Source: an uncultured Spirochaetota bacterium
Lineage (GTDB): Bacteria; Spirochaetota; Spirochaetia; SZUA-6; Fen-1364
DNA: 64,000 bases
Direction: 5' to 3'
NCBI GenBank assembly: GCA_963745235.1
Contig: CAVUXE010000010.1
Span: 32,001-96,000, forward strand
Positions within the stretch are counted from its first letter, which is position 1. Each line of letters opens with the position of its first letter. Below, piece by piece: positions 28,558 through 37,918 of the stretch. The translations under genes and the position numbers were made by a program. The notes under the pieces were generated by a model. It made no database searches. It was given only the letters and a program-made list of their open reading frames with translations, and had not been told where the DNA came from.

Positions 28558-29535
28558 GTGGCACGAGTGTCCTCTCTTGGAGAAGCGCGGCAACGCCTCC
28601 CGCGCGAGTTCCTGGAAAGCCTCCAGGAGACTTTCCCGCAGGCGGCGTCCCAGGCAATCCTTCGCGGAATGTGCGCCCGGCGTCCCGACCACGCTCCGCG
28701 TGAACAGCCTCCACGCGACCCCCGAGGAGATCGCGGCCTTCTTCCGGGAAGAAGGCGTGAAGCACCGCAGGGTCCCCTGGTGCCCCCAGGGGTTCATTCT
28801 CAGCGAGCTGCGGGAGCGCGACGTCCAGAGGTGGGACAGCTACCGCGACGGCCGCATCTACCTGCAGAGCCTGTCGAGCATGGTTCCCGCTCTTGCCCTG
28901 GGGCCGCGCCCGGGTGAGCATGTCCTTGACATCGCGGCTGCTCCGGGAAGCAAGACGACCCAGATGGCGGCAATGATGGAAAACAGCGGCTCCATTCTTG
29001 CCGTTGAGCTGGACCCGGTGCGCGCCCAGCGACTGGCCTACAACGTTGCGCTCCAGGGCTGCGGCAACGTCGCCGTGCGGGCGGGCCGGGGGAGAAGATC
29101 GGGGAGGAAATGCCCGGCTGCTTCGACCGGGTCCTCCTGGATGTTCCCTGCTCCGGAGAGGGGAGATTCATCGTTGGAATGCCCGCCTCTTCGCGATCCT
29201 GGTCCAGGAAGCTGATTGCGGACAGGGCCCGCCTGCAGCGCAAGCTGTTTGCCAGCGGGTTCAAGGCGCTGAAAGTCGGTGGCGTTCTCGTGTACTCCAC
29301 CTGCACACTCAATCTCGACGAGAATGAGAGAATCATCCACTGGGCGCTGGAGAGCTTCCCGCTGTCGACGGAAAAGGTTCCGGTGCCTATTGCGGGTTCG
29401 TGGTCCGGGATGTCGCGGGGGCTCGACCCGGGCGTCTCGAAAGCGCTTCGGCTCTTCCCGGACGCGGAGAAGGAAGGCTTCTTCATCTGTCGGATGCGCA
29501 AGATGGGGGAGGGCGAAACGGAGGAACGGCCATGA
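28558..29535 (+). CDS. RsmB/NOP-family (RsmF-like) RNA m5C methyltransferase, frameshifts near 28686 and 29090
   Basis: TLRVNSL, VLDIAAAPGSKT, FDRVLLDVPCSGEG, VYSTCT and GFFI spread over three frames. Confidence 0.85.
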
Positions 29536-29876
29536 GACCGGCAGGGTTCGTGTTGGCTTTCACGGTTCTCGCGCTCCTTCTTGTCCAGCAGAAGGCTCAT
29601 GCCGAGGGATGGCAGCCGTGGCGGACGGTCAAAGACACCCACATCGCGTGGCACTACCGGTGGAACCCGGATTGGGGAGACTATGACATCGAGATCCGCA
29701 ATGACAACGACTCCAGCGTCAGCCTCAAGTTTGTCGTGAGCAGCCCCAAGGGAAAGTCCACCGGGTTCTGGTCTTTGAAGCCGGGCGCCTCCGCGTCATT
29801 CCTGGAGAAGTTCCCCGACGGAGGGCCGGCAACTGTCCTGCGCCTGCAGATCCTCGAATCAGACAGCGGGGACTAG
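29532..29876 (+). CDS. Small exported hypothetical protein
   Basis: Signal peptide ending AHA; ATGA overlap with the upstream stop; SD present. Confidence 0.6.
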   Translation: MRPAGFVLAFTVLALLLVQQKAHAEGWQPWRTVKDTHIAWHYRWNPDWGDYDIEIRNDNDSSVSLKFVVSSPKGKSTGFWSLKPGASASFLEKFPDGGPATVLRLQILESDSGD

Positions 29877-31031
29877 GGCAGCGGACCGAAATACTGGTAG
29901 AAATAGCAGCGGATGTTGCCGTTGTACAGCTTTCGGTTCTTCGACGCGCGGGCCCCGAAGAACCGGGGGAAATCCGTGCTCGCGGTGAGAACGAAGAAAG
30001 ACCAGGTGTCCAGCCGGCGGGAGAGATCTCCCATTTCTCGTGAGAGGTGCTCGACTTCCCTGCGCTCTCCCAGCCGCTCGCCGTAGGGCGGGTTGCAGAC
30101 GACACAGCCGAACTCACCGGAAGGGCGAAACGCGCTGAGGGGTGCGGTACGGAGGCGCACGCAGTCTGACACTCCCGCCTTCCCCGCATTTCTCCCCGCG
30201 GCCGCCACCATCCCCGCGTCCCTGTCCGAGGCCTCCACGCTCATGACGGTGTCACGGCGCTCCGCGGCCCGGGCCTCCTCTCGCGCGTCCCCCCATACGC
30301 GTGAGGGCAAGGTGGGCCATTTCTCCGCCGCAAAGGCGCGCCTGATCCCGGGCGCTGCGCCGCGCCCGATCATGGCAGCCTCGATGGCGATGGTCCCTGA
30401 GCCGCACAGCGGGTCGGCGAACGGCCGCGAGGGGTCCCAGCGGGAGAGAAGGACAAGGGCGGCCGCGAGGTTTTCCCGAAGCGGCGCTGGGCCAGATTCG
30501 GCCCGGTAGCCGCGCTTGTGCAGACCAGGGCCGCTCGTGTCCAGGCACACGGATGCCCGGTCCTGCGTGAGAGAGACTTCCACGCTGAAAAGGGGCCCCG
30601 ATCTCCTCGACTCGCTCCTCCGCGGCATGATGGCCGCGCCTTCCCAGGAGCGCATCCACAATCGCTTTCTTGGACACTGACTGGATGGACGGCACGGATT
30701 CCAGCCGGGACTTCGATGAGCGCGCCGTGACCACGACCGCCGCATTGCGGGGAAGAAGATCCTTCCAGGGAGCCTGGCGCACCCCCTCGTAGAGGCCGTC
30801 GAAATCCTGGGCAGGGAAATCCGCGAGCTTCAGCCACACGCGGTCAGCGGTCCGCAGCCTGATGTTGCACCGCGCGATGTCCATGGCAGTGCCTTCGAAC
30901 ATCACCCGCCTGTCCACGGTGCTGGTGACGGACATCCCGAGAGCCAGGAGCTCGTCACGGACCACGGCTTCCAGGCCGAAGGTGGCCGCGGCCTCCAGAG
31001 CGAAGCGGGCCTCTCCCCCGCGTGTTTTCAT
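29873..31031 (-). CDS. THUMP-domain SAM-dependent RNA methyltransferase (RlmL/YpsC type), frameshift near 30601
   Basis: FGLEAVVRDEL, LRTADRV, DTSGPGLHKRGYR, DPLCGSGT, NPPYGERL. Confidence 0.88.
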
Positions 31032-31070
31032 GATCACCTCTTCCTGCTAATAATACACGGGAGGGTAGTC

Positions 31071-31867
31071 ATGAAAAGCGTCGCGGCGACAGTCGCCCTT
31101 TCCTTCGCTCTCGTTTTCGGCTCCGCTACGGCTGCCGCCGGGCAACAGCAAGAGATCCTCGTCTCGGCAGCGGCCAGCCTGACGGACGTGTTGAGCGGCC
31201 TTGCGCCGCAGGCGGAGAAGTACATAGGCGCAAAGGTGCTCTTCAATTTCGGGGGCTCCGGGCGCGCTTCGAAAGCAGATCGAGGAAGGCGCGCCAGTGG
31301 ATGTGTTCTTTTCCGCCTCCGTTGAGGACATGGCAACCCTCCAGGCAAAGGGCCTCGTCGTGGCAGGCACGAGAGAAGACCTTCTCTCCAACCAGGTCGT
31401 CCTGATCGGCGGCCCGACGGCAGAGCCGCTGCACGGCGCAACTGCTGCCGCCGCCAGGGACGACCTTCAGGCGCTCCTCGAAAAGACGGATCTGCTGGCC
31501 ATTCGGGAACCCGGACACCGTGCCGGCCGGCCGCTACGCGGTCCAGGCGTTGAAGAGGTACGGTGTCTACGCGACAGTCGCCTCCCGGCTGGCGCTCGCT
31601 GGAAATGTCCGCGAGGTTCTCCAGTACGTGCAGAATGGCTCAGCGCCCCTGGGGATAGTCTTTGCAACGGATGCGCTCGCCGCGCCGGCGGGCTCCGTGA
31701 AACAGCTTTTCGTCTTTCCGCAAGGTTCCCTGGAGACTCCGATCCTGTACCCCGTGGCCGTGGTCAGCGCGTCGAAGAACAAAGAGAAGGCGGCACGAAT
31801 GATCGAGTTTCTCAAAGGAGATCCGGCCAGGAACGCATTTCGCGCGGCGGGGTTCATCCTGAAATGA
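31071..31867 (+). CDS. modA: Molybdate ABC transporter substrate-binding protein, frameshifts near 31262 and 31503
   Basis: SAAASLTD, FNFGGSG, APVDVFFSA, VPAGRYA, NVREVL, ILYPVAVV. Confidence 0.88.
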
Positions 31868-32569
31868 GCCTCTTCTCCCCGATCCTGCTTTCGGTGCGCG
31901 TCGCTTTTCTTGCCACTGCCTTCACCCTCGTCGTTGGCCTTGGCCTGGCGAGGCTCTTCGCCTCGCGCGCCGTTCCCCTTCGCCGGATCTGGGAGGCCCT
32001 CATTCTCCTCCCCATGGTGTTCCCGCCGACGATCACCGGCTGATCTCCTCCTTGTGGCCCTGGGCAAGCGAAGCCCGCTGGGCGCTCTGCTCTCCCAGCT
32101 CGGCCTTTCGGTCGTCTTCACGTGGACGGCTGCGGTCATTGCGTCTTTCGTCGTTTCTCTTCCCCTGATGTTCCAGAACTGCAAGGCCGCCCTTGCCGGC
32201 GTGGATTCCCAGCTGGAGGACGCGGCCCGCACCCTTGGTCTCCGAGAGGTCCGGGTGTTCTTCCGCGTCACCCTCCCCCTGGCCACGCCGGGCATCCTGA
32301 GCGGCACGGCCCTCTCCTTTGCCCGCGCCCTGGGTGAGTTCGGCGCAACGCTCATGGTGGCCGGCAACATTCCCGGCAGGACCCAGACCATCCCCCTGGC
32401 CCTGTTTGCCGCGGTTGAAAGCGGGCGAAGCTTCGAAGCGAACGTCCTGCTGGCCGTAACGGTGGCGCTGTCCTTCGGCCTCGTGGCTGTGGTGAGCATC
32501 TACGAGCGCCGCGGCAGCGGCAAGCGCCGCATGCCGAGCGCGGAAAACCGGGGCCAGCCACGACCCTGA
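31864..32569 (+). CDS. modB: Molybdate ABC transporter permease, frameshift near 32042
   Basis: LPMVFPPT, AARTLG, FARALGEFGATLMVAGNIPGRTQT. Confidence 0.9.
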
Positions 32570-33189
32570 TCAACTTCGAGAAGGAGCTGCCGCTCTTCAC
32601 GCTCAAGGCGGCATTCATGCTGGAAAAGACCATGACTGCCATCCTCTGGGGGGAATCCGGGGCGGGAAAGACGACGGTGCTCAACTGCATCGCCGGGCTC
32701 TCCGACCCTGACCGAGGGGAGATCCTGGTGGAAGACAAGACAGTCTTCTCCTCGACGCGACGGATCAGCCTGTCCCCGCAGGAGCGGCACGTGGGGTTCG
32801 TGTTTCAAAGCTACGCGCTTTTCCCCCACCTCACGGCGGAGGAGAACGTTGCCCTCGGCATGCCGCGCTCAGAGAGGCGCCACGCCGTCGAGTACCTGGA
32901 GAGGTTTGCCATTGCCCGGAGGCGAAGGTCAAAGCCGCCGTTTCTTTCCGGCGGCGAGCGCCAGAGACTTGCGTTGGCGCGGGCGCTGGCGACCAGGCCC
33001 CGGCTGCTCCTCCTGGATGAGCCATTCAGCGCGCTGGACCGGCGCACCCGGGAAGAGACCCACAGGGAGTTCCTGGCGCTCCGTGATGAGCTCTCCATGA
33101 GCGTGATACTCGTGACGCATGACCGCAAGGAAGCCGAGCTCCTGGGCCACAGGATCTATGAGCTTCGTGACGGCGAGGTCCTGGAATAG
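32566..33189 (+). CDS. modC: Molybdate ABC transporter ATP-binding protein; start uncertain
   Basis: GESGAGKT, VFQSYALFPHL, LSGGERQR, LLDEPF. Homology begins about LINFEKEL, with no in-frame ATG/GTG there. Confidence 0.85.
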   Translation: MINFEKELPLFTLKAAFMLEKTMTAILWGESGAGKTTVLNCIAGLSDPDRGEILVEDKTVFSSTRRISLSPQERHVGFVFQSYALFPHLTAEENVALGMPRSERRHAVEYLERFAIARRRRSKPPFLSGGERQRLALARALATRPRLLLLDEPFSALDRRTREETHREFLALRDELSMSVILVTHDRKEAELLGHRIYELRDGEVLE

Positions 33190-33216
33190 TGAAAGGGGCC
33201 GCGGAGGGAAGCCGGG

Positions 33217-33966
33217 GTGGAGCTGCCTGAGCTGGTGAGAAGACTTTTCCCGCCGGGCGCGGTCTGCACGTTCATCGGAGCAGGCGGCAAATCCACGGCT
33301 ATGCGTGCCGTTGCCCGGATCCTCAGCGCCCGCGGGATTCGCGTCCGCATGACGACGACAACACGGGTGGGAATTGCGGAGTTCATGGGATTCCCCGTTT
33401 CCCGGGCGGAAACCGCGGCGGAGGTCCTTCAGGCATGCGACAACCCCGAGCCGGTGCGGCTGATCGTTGCGGATGAGCTCTCAGCCCAGGGAAAGTATGC
33501 CGGGCTCGACCCGTCGCTGGTGGAAGGACTGAAAATCTGCTCGGACTCCGTCCTCCTCGTGGAGGGAGACGGGTCCCGCCGCAGGCCCCTGAAGGTACCG
33601 ACCCAGAGGGAGCCCGTCATCCCGGCGAACAGCTCCATGGTCCTGGCGCTCATGGGCGCCTCGGGCTTCAATGAGCCCATTGATGAAGAGCACTGCTACA
33701 ATCACGAGGCGACTTCCGGGATTCTGGCGCCAGGAGCCCGGCGATTCGATGCGGCATGCGTGGCGGCTCTTGCATCCAGTCCGGCCGGCAGCCGCAAAGG
33801 GGTCATGCCGGGGATGGGATTCCACGTCCTTTTGAACCAGGCTGATCTTGCGGACAAGCGTGCAATCGGCAGCGACGCGCTGCAGATCCTCTTGACGACG
33901 CAGGGGATCCGGGGCAGCCTGCTTTCCCTGCGGCAGGAGGCGGTGTACGAGACCACAGTCGCGTGA
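33217..33966 (+). CDS. yqeC: Selenium-dependent hydroxylase accessory protein YqeC
   Basis: IGAGGKST, TTTTRV, LVEGDGSRRRPLK.P...EPVIP. Confidence 0.85.
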   Translation: MELPELVRRLFPPGAVCTFIGAGGKSTAMRAVARILSARGIRVRMTTTTRVGIAEFMGFPVSRAETAAEVLQACDNPEPVRLIVADELSAQGKYAGLDPSLVEGLKICSDSVLLVEGDGSRRRPLKVPTQREPVIPANSSMVLALMGASGFNEPIDEEHCYNHEATSGILAPGARRFDAACVAALASSPAGSRKGVMPGMGFHVLLNQADLADKRAIGSDALQILLTTQGIRGSLLSLRQEAVYETTVA

Positions 33967-34777
33967 GCTCACCCCCCTGGCGCTCGTCAAAGGCGGCGGG
34001 GATCTTGCAACGGGAGTTGCCCTTTCCCTTCAGAGGGCAGGCTTCGCAGTCGTCCTGACCGAGCTTGCCCAGCCAACCGCGATACGCCTCTCGGTCTCTT
34101 TCGCGCAGGCGGTCTACCTGGGCAGCCATTCCGTGGAGGGCGTACGCGCGGAGCGGACAGACGGCGAGGGATGGCGCGCCGTGGTGGAGCGCGGCGAGGT
34201 GGCGGTGCTCGTCGACCCGGGCGCGGACATTCTCACGCGGATGTCTCCTGTCGTGGTGGTGGACGCCATCATGGCAAAGAGCAACACCGGGACCCGGCGG
34301 GCGGATGGCCGCGTCGTGATCGGCCTCGGGCCGGGATTCAGCGCCGGCGCGGATGTGGATGCCGTCATCGAGACCGAGAGAGGACACGAGCTGGGGCGCG
34401 TGATCCGCGAAGGCAGCGCCCGAGAGGACTCCGGGGTGCCCGGTGAAATCGGAGGACGCGGCGCCGAACGCGTGCTTCGGGCGCCGGCCGACGGCGTGGT
34501 GAGGACACTGAAGCAGATCGGAGTCCTCGTCAGGAAGGGAGATCCCGTGGCGCGCGTGGGGGAGACGGCCGTCGTTGCCCCGTTCGACGGTTGCCTCCGC
34601 GGGCTGATCCATGATGGGCTTGCCGTTCGCCGCGGCATGAAGATCGGGGACGTCGACCCGCGGGGTGAAACGCGCTACGCGGCCACGGTGTCGGACAAGG
34701 CACGCGCCATCGGGCGAGCCGCGCTGGAAGCGGCACTCACCATCTGCCGGGAAAGGGGGCTCCTCCGTCTCCTATGA
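33963..34777 (+). CDS. yqeB: Selenium-dependent molybdenum hydroxylase system protein YqeB, frameshift in the C-run near 33975
   Basis: VKGGGDLATG, VDAIMAKSNTGT, IGLGPGF, IETERGHELG, KIGDVDPR, SDKARAIG. Confidence 0.88.
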
Positions 34778-35407
34778 AACCGTGACCACGTCCCCGGTTT
34801 CCAGGAACTTCTCCGTGATCTCATAGAGGTTCGAAACCCGTCCGACGCGCAGCGTGTCCAGCAGGTGGAAGTAGTCGAGGCACGTGCCGCAGACCAGGAT
34901 TTCCACTCCGCGACCCTCGATTCCCCGCAGCAACTCTATGGCGTCCTCCTGCTCGGCGGCCAGGCGGACTCCGGAGTTCATGAGCACAAGCGTTCGGGGC
35001 GGCCTGTCCAGCTCTCCGATGGTATGCAGGAACCCCCGCACCAGGAGCCTTCCGAGAGCCTCGTCCCCCCGCCCGATCTGATCGGATGACAGGAAGACCG
35101 TTTTCCCGGCAAACTGCCGTGGAGCGGTTTGCGGCTCATCCTCACAGGCGGGGGCAGGCTCGCGGCCCCGGGCCTTCTCCCGCATTGCGGGAGTCACGGG
35201 CGCCGAGATTGCGTGAACCCGGCCACGGCTTGCGACCACCGGCTCCGCGGCACCTGTGAACCGAAGGAAGCGCAGGACGTTCTCCCGCGCCGCCTCGTTG
35301 TCGACGACTATCTCTATCTCATCCAGGCCGGCCTCCGCCATCGCCTTCCTGCACAGGATCACCGGCTGGGGACACGCCAGCCCCTTCGCGTCGATCGATT
35401 TCCTCAT
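34772..35407 (-). CDS. yedF: Sulfurtransferase-like selenium metabolism protein YedF (TusA + DsrE domains)
   Basis: IDAKGLACPQPVI, GRGDEALG, MNSGV, CGTCLDYF, GRVSNLY. Confidence 0.9.
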   Translation of the reverse strand: MRKSIDAKGLACPQPVILCRKAMAEAGLDEIEIVVDNEAARENVLRFLRFTGAAEPVVASRGRVHAISAPVTPAMREKARGREPAPACEDEPQTAPRQFAGKTVFLSSDQIGRGDEALGRLLVRGFLHTIGELDRPPRTLVLMNSGVRLAAEQEDAIELLRGIEGRGVEILVCGTCLDYFHLLDTLRVGRVSNLYEITEKFLETGDVVTVS

Positions 35408-35645
35408 ATCTCCTGCGTCCCTCCTGCGTGAAGACCCGGTACAGCACGGCCGGGAAGGCGAGCCGTCTCCACCACCACGGCACATCCTTTTCCTGCGAAG
35501 CGCGCACGAAGAGCGAGAACCCGCAGCCGGTCCGCACGACGGTCGGAGTCGGCACGAGGTCCGCCCTTACTCCCAGCTGCTTCAGCGTCTGCTCCGCGCT
35601 CAAAGTCTGGTGAATCCCCTGGAAAACGACAAGCAGGTCAGGCAA
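35319..35645 (-). CDS. DUF3343-family putative Se/S carrier
   Basis: F..IHQTL.AE..LK and VPTP....TGCG; TTG start overlapping the selD stop. Confidence 0.72.
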   Translation of the reverse strand: MPDLLVVFQGIHQTLSAEQTLKQLGVRADLVPTPTVVRTGCGFSLFVRASQEKDVPWWWRRLAFPAVLYRVFTQEGRRRYEEIDRREGAGVSPAGDPVQEGDGGGRPG

Positions 35646-36663
35646 GCTCCACCATCCCCGTGCCGGGCACGGTCTCCCCGACGATGGCGGCGGGGAGGCC
35701 GGCCGCCTGAAGCTCATCCAGCGCGGCCCCTCCCTCGCGAGCGTCCACGGCTGCCAGGAGGCCGCCCGAGGTCTGCGGATCGAAGAGCACGTTCAGAAGG
35801 TCCTCATCGCATCGCGATGCGTTTGCGATGAAAGACAATCGGAAGCTCCTGTTTCGATAGGTCCCTTCCGGGACGAGGCCCATGGCCGCGTATTCTTTCA
35901 CGGACGGCAGCAGGGGCACCTCCAGCGCGAACAGCCGCACGTTGCACCCCGAGTCGGCCGCCATCTCGCAGGCATGCCCGAGCAGCCCGAACCCCGTCAC
36001 GTCCGTGCAGGCTCGCACGGCGTGGCCGCCGAGTATCTCCGAGGCCCGGCGGTTCAGGGCGCGCATGGATTCGATTGCCGCGGAGAGGGCTTCGGGGGAT
36101 GCAAGCCCGGCCTTCTCCGCCGTGGTGACAAGCCCGGTCCCGACAGCCTTTGTCAGGATGATGCGCTCGCCGCCGCGGACGGAGTTGTTGAGCCACACCC
36201 GGCCCGGGCTGACGACGCCGGTGACCGCGTAGCCAAGCTTCAGCTCCCTGTCATCCACGCTGTGCCCGCCCACCAGGGGGCAATCCGCCTCCTCCAGCGC
36301 GGTCAGGCCGCCTTCCATCATCTTTTGCAAGACAGAGACATCCAGGGTGTCCGCGGGAAAACCAACAATGCAGACGGCGGTCGAAGGCCGCCCGCCCATC
36401 GCATACACGTCTGAAAGGGCGTTGGCCGCGGCGATCCTGCCGAAGACAAACGGGTCGTCGACCACCGGCGGGAAGAAATCCACGGTGTGGATGAGCGCCT
36501 GGGTCTCGTTGAGCTTGAGCACCCCGGCATCTTCGCTGTGGCGGAAATCCGCAATCAGGTCGGGATAGGCGCGCTGCGACAACCCGCACAGCGCCTTGTC
36601 CAGGAGCCCCGGCCCGAGCTTTGCGCCGCAGCCGGCGAACCGGGAGAACGAGGTCAGCTTCAT
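35638..36663 (-). CDS. selD: Selenide, water dikinase (Cys form)
   Basis: AGCGAK, EDA, TVDFFPP, ANALSDVYAMGG, TDVTGFGLLGH, DPQTSGGLL. Confidence 0.96.
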   Translation of the reverse strand: MKLTSFSRFAGCGAKLGPGLLDKALCGLSQRAYPDLIADFRHSEDAGVLKLNETQALIHTVDFFPPVVDDPFVFGRIAAANALSDVYAMGGRPSTAVCIVGFPADTLDVSVLQKMMEGGLTALEEADCPLVGGHSVDDRELKLGYAVTGVVSPGRVWLNNSVRGGERIILTKAVGTGLVTTAEKAGLASPEALSAAIESMRALNRRASEILGGHAVRACTDVTGFGLLGHACEMAADSGCNVRLFALEVPLLPSVKEYAAMGLVPEGTYRNRSFRLSFIANASRCDEDLLNVLFDPQTSGGLLAAVDAREGGAALDELQAAGLPAAIVGETVPGTGMVELA

Positions 36664-37824
36664 GCCTCAGCTCCAATCTGGCGCAGGGCCTCCAGGGTCT
36701 GATCGACCTCTCCCTGCGTGGTGAACGGCCCGGGAGAGACGCGGACGGTCCCTCCGGAGGAAAGGGTCCCGATTGTTCGATGAGCAGCCGGGGAGCAGTG
36801 CAGTCCATGACGGCAGGAGATGCCCCTTTCATCGAGCTCGCGGGCAAGCTCATCCACGGCCATTCGCTCGTGGGCTATCGAAAGAATGGACACTCTTCGC
36901 TCCGGGTTCCGTGGACCGAAGACCCGAAAGCCCGGGCAGGTCCGCAATTCCTTCCCGCAGGGATTCGGCCGCATTCCTGCGCCGGGCCGCCAGGACCGCC
37001 GTGCCGGTCTCGCTGATGCAGCGAGCGGCGGCCAGGAGGCCCGCAATGGCCGGGAGGTTCTGCGTGCCGCTCTCGTAGCGATCCGGGAGAAAGGCGGGCT
37101 GCTCTTCGGACTGCGAGTCGCTTCCCGTCCCGCCGTACACGAGCGGCGCCGGCGCCGCGCGCGGGCCAAGGAAGAGGAGGCCCAGCCCTGCCGGGCTGAG
37201 CAGCCCCTTGTGCGGGGAAACGCAGAAGAAGTCGAACGGGAACGAGCCCAGGTCAATGGGGACTTCCCCTTGGGCCGCATCGATCCCGATCTGCGTGTCC
37301 GGTGAAATGCCGGCCGCGCTCTGTGCCATCTCTGCAAAGGGGAAAGCGGTGCCGGTCACGTTGCTGGCCGATGTGAAGAAAAGGAGGGAAGGCTTCTCCC
37401 CCATGATGCGTCGGAACGCGTTCAGGTCGGGCCAACCCTCGGGATCACTCGGGAACACGCGAACCGTGAGGCGGAGCTCCTTTTCCAGGACGCGGAGCGG
37501 CCGCATGACCGCGTTGTGCTCCATGCCGGACACGGCCACCAGCGCTCCCGGGCGGAGTGTCCCGCGAAGAACCATATTTATGGAAGAAGTCGTTCCCGGG
37601 GTGAAGATCAGCCGCGCGGGCTCGGGGAACTGGAAGAGCGCGGCGGCGGCTGTCCGCGCCTCGAAAACCAGTCTCTCCGCTGAAACGGCCGCGGGGTGCG
37701 TGCCTCGACCCGGACTTCCAAAGGGCTCAGACAGGGAGCGGGCAACCGCCTCCGCCACCCCCGGCGCCTTTGGCCAGCTGGTCGCTGCATTGTCCATGTA
37801 AATAAGGGGAGCGCCTCCCGCCAT
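36660..37824 (-). CDS. Cysteine desulfurase / selenocysteine lyase family (class V aminotransferase), frameshift near 36932
   Basis: YMDNAATSWPK, EHNAVMRP, DAAQ, PHKGL, ESGTQN, RHGLHCSPAAH. Confidence 0.88.
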
Positions 37825-37831
37825 GAGAGGA

Positions 37832-37911
37832 ATAATACCAGATCGCCGTGGGAGCGTCCCCGTCAGAGTGTGTCCTTTTGCTTGACCCTCCCTCTCTCCT
37901 GTCAGTATCAT
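37832..37911. promoter_or_regulatory. Back-to-back promoters for the desulfurase (-) and leuS (+), both apparently leaderless
   Basis: Plus strand: TTGACC-N18-TATCAT-N7-ATG. Minus strand: TGG-TATTAT-N7-ATG. Confidence 0.65.
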
Positions 37912-37918
37912 CCCGTGC

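Noticed and set aside
32041-32043. In-frame TGA in modB near selD, read as selenocysteine
   Set aside because: Homology resumes in another frame. Deleting one G restores the conserved TG-Y-LLL, so this is an indel.
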